From: Atractiella rhizophila
Lineage: Eukaryota
Reading direction: 5' to 3'
DNA: 34,918 bases
Assembly: GCA_021432655.1 (NCBI GenBank)
Contig: MU271655.1
Coordinates: forward strand, 1 to 34,918
In this document: positions 34,751 to 34,918 of the stretch, one piece after another
How the letters are laid out: each line of letters opens with the position of its first letter
How positions within the stretch are numbered: the stretch's first letter is position 1
Program-made: the position numbers and the translations under genes
The notes under the pieces: model-generated
The model's database searches: none
What the model saw: the letters and a program-made list of their open reading frames with translations, nothing else
Told to the model about the DNA's origin: nothing

Positions 34751-34918
34751 TCATCCCCTCCTTGACCTGGGCTTCACATCAGTAAGCCACCTTGCTCAAG
34801 TAGACGAAGAGAATCCACACCTTTTAGTACCGAAAGGCATTCCTCCACTTCCACTCCTTCCATACATCATCCAATCTTCGTCCATCTCCATTCCACCCAT
34901 ACCCATACCGCCCATACC
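34751..34918 (-). CDS. 3' end of a gene entering from beyond the window (Gly/Met-rich C-terminus)
   Basis: Minus strand reads GMGGMGMGGMEMDEDWMMYGRSGSGGMPFGTK, then either R-SRRG* via an intron (34820-34767, stop at 34751-34753) or RCGFSSST* unspliced. Confidence 0.5.

Noticed and set aside
34860..34918. GGM repeats as evidence for Hsp60/Hsp70
   Set aside because: No EEVD or other diagnostic terminus, and too little sequence to assign a family.

Overview
Intron-rich fungal nuclear DNA, most likely a basidiomycete (inferred from 45-70 nt GT-AG introns with CTRAY branch points, microexons and a short-form RNase Z). Gene models were spliced by hand. In order: 5' part of CAND1/TIP120 (-), a FAR-17a/AIG1- or rolling-stone-like membrane protein (-), an HbrB/Bit61/PRR5-family TORC2 subunit (+), a MATA/SOX-type HMG-box transcription factor (+), a short-form RNase Z (-) head-to-head with TFIIH subunit Tfb4 (+), peroxisomal Lon protease ending in -SRL (-), an F-box protein (+), an ADP1-type EGF-domain ABCG transporter (-), a 6-exon orphan with two CxxC zinc-finger-like motifs (-), a small PPxY membrane protein (-) and the Gly/Met-rich 3' end of another gene (-). 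The most notable structure: five unrelated conserved genes each carry one oversized early intron (401, 1574, 771, 632 and 1118 nt), mostly just after an exon that switches from C-rich to G-rich. Also notable are an ACAAAG (HMG-site) cluster upstream of the HMG gene, a GC-AG intron, and a stop-free in-frame intron at an RNase Z catalytic motif. I found no tRNA, rRNA, CRISPR array or intact transposon, and no unambiguous novel system.
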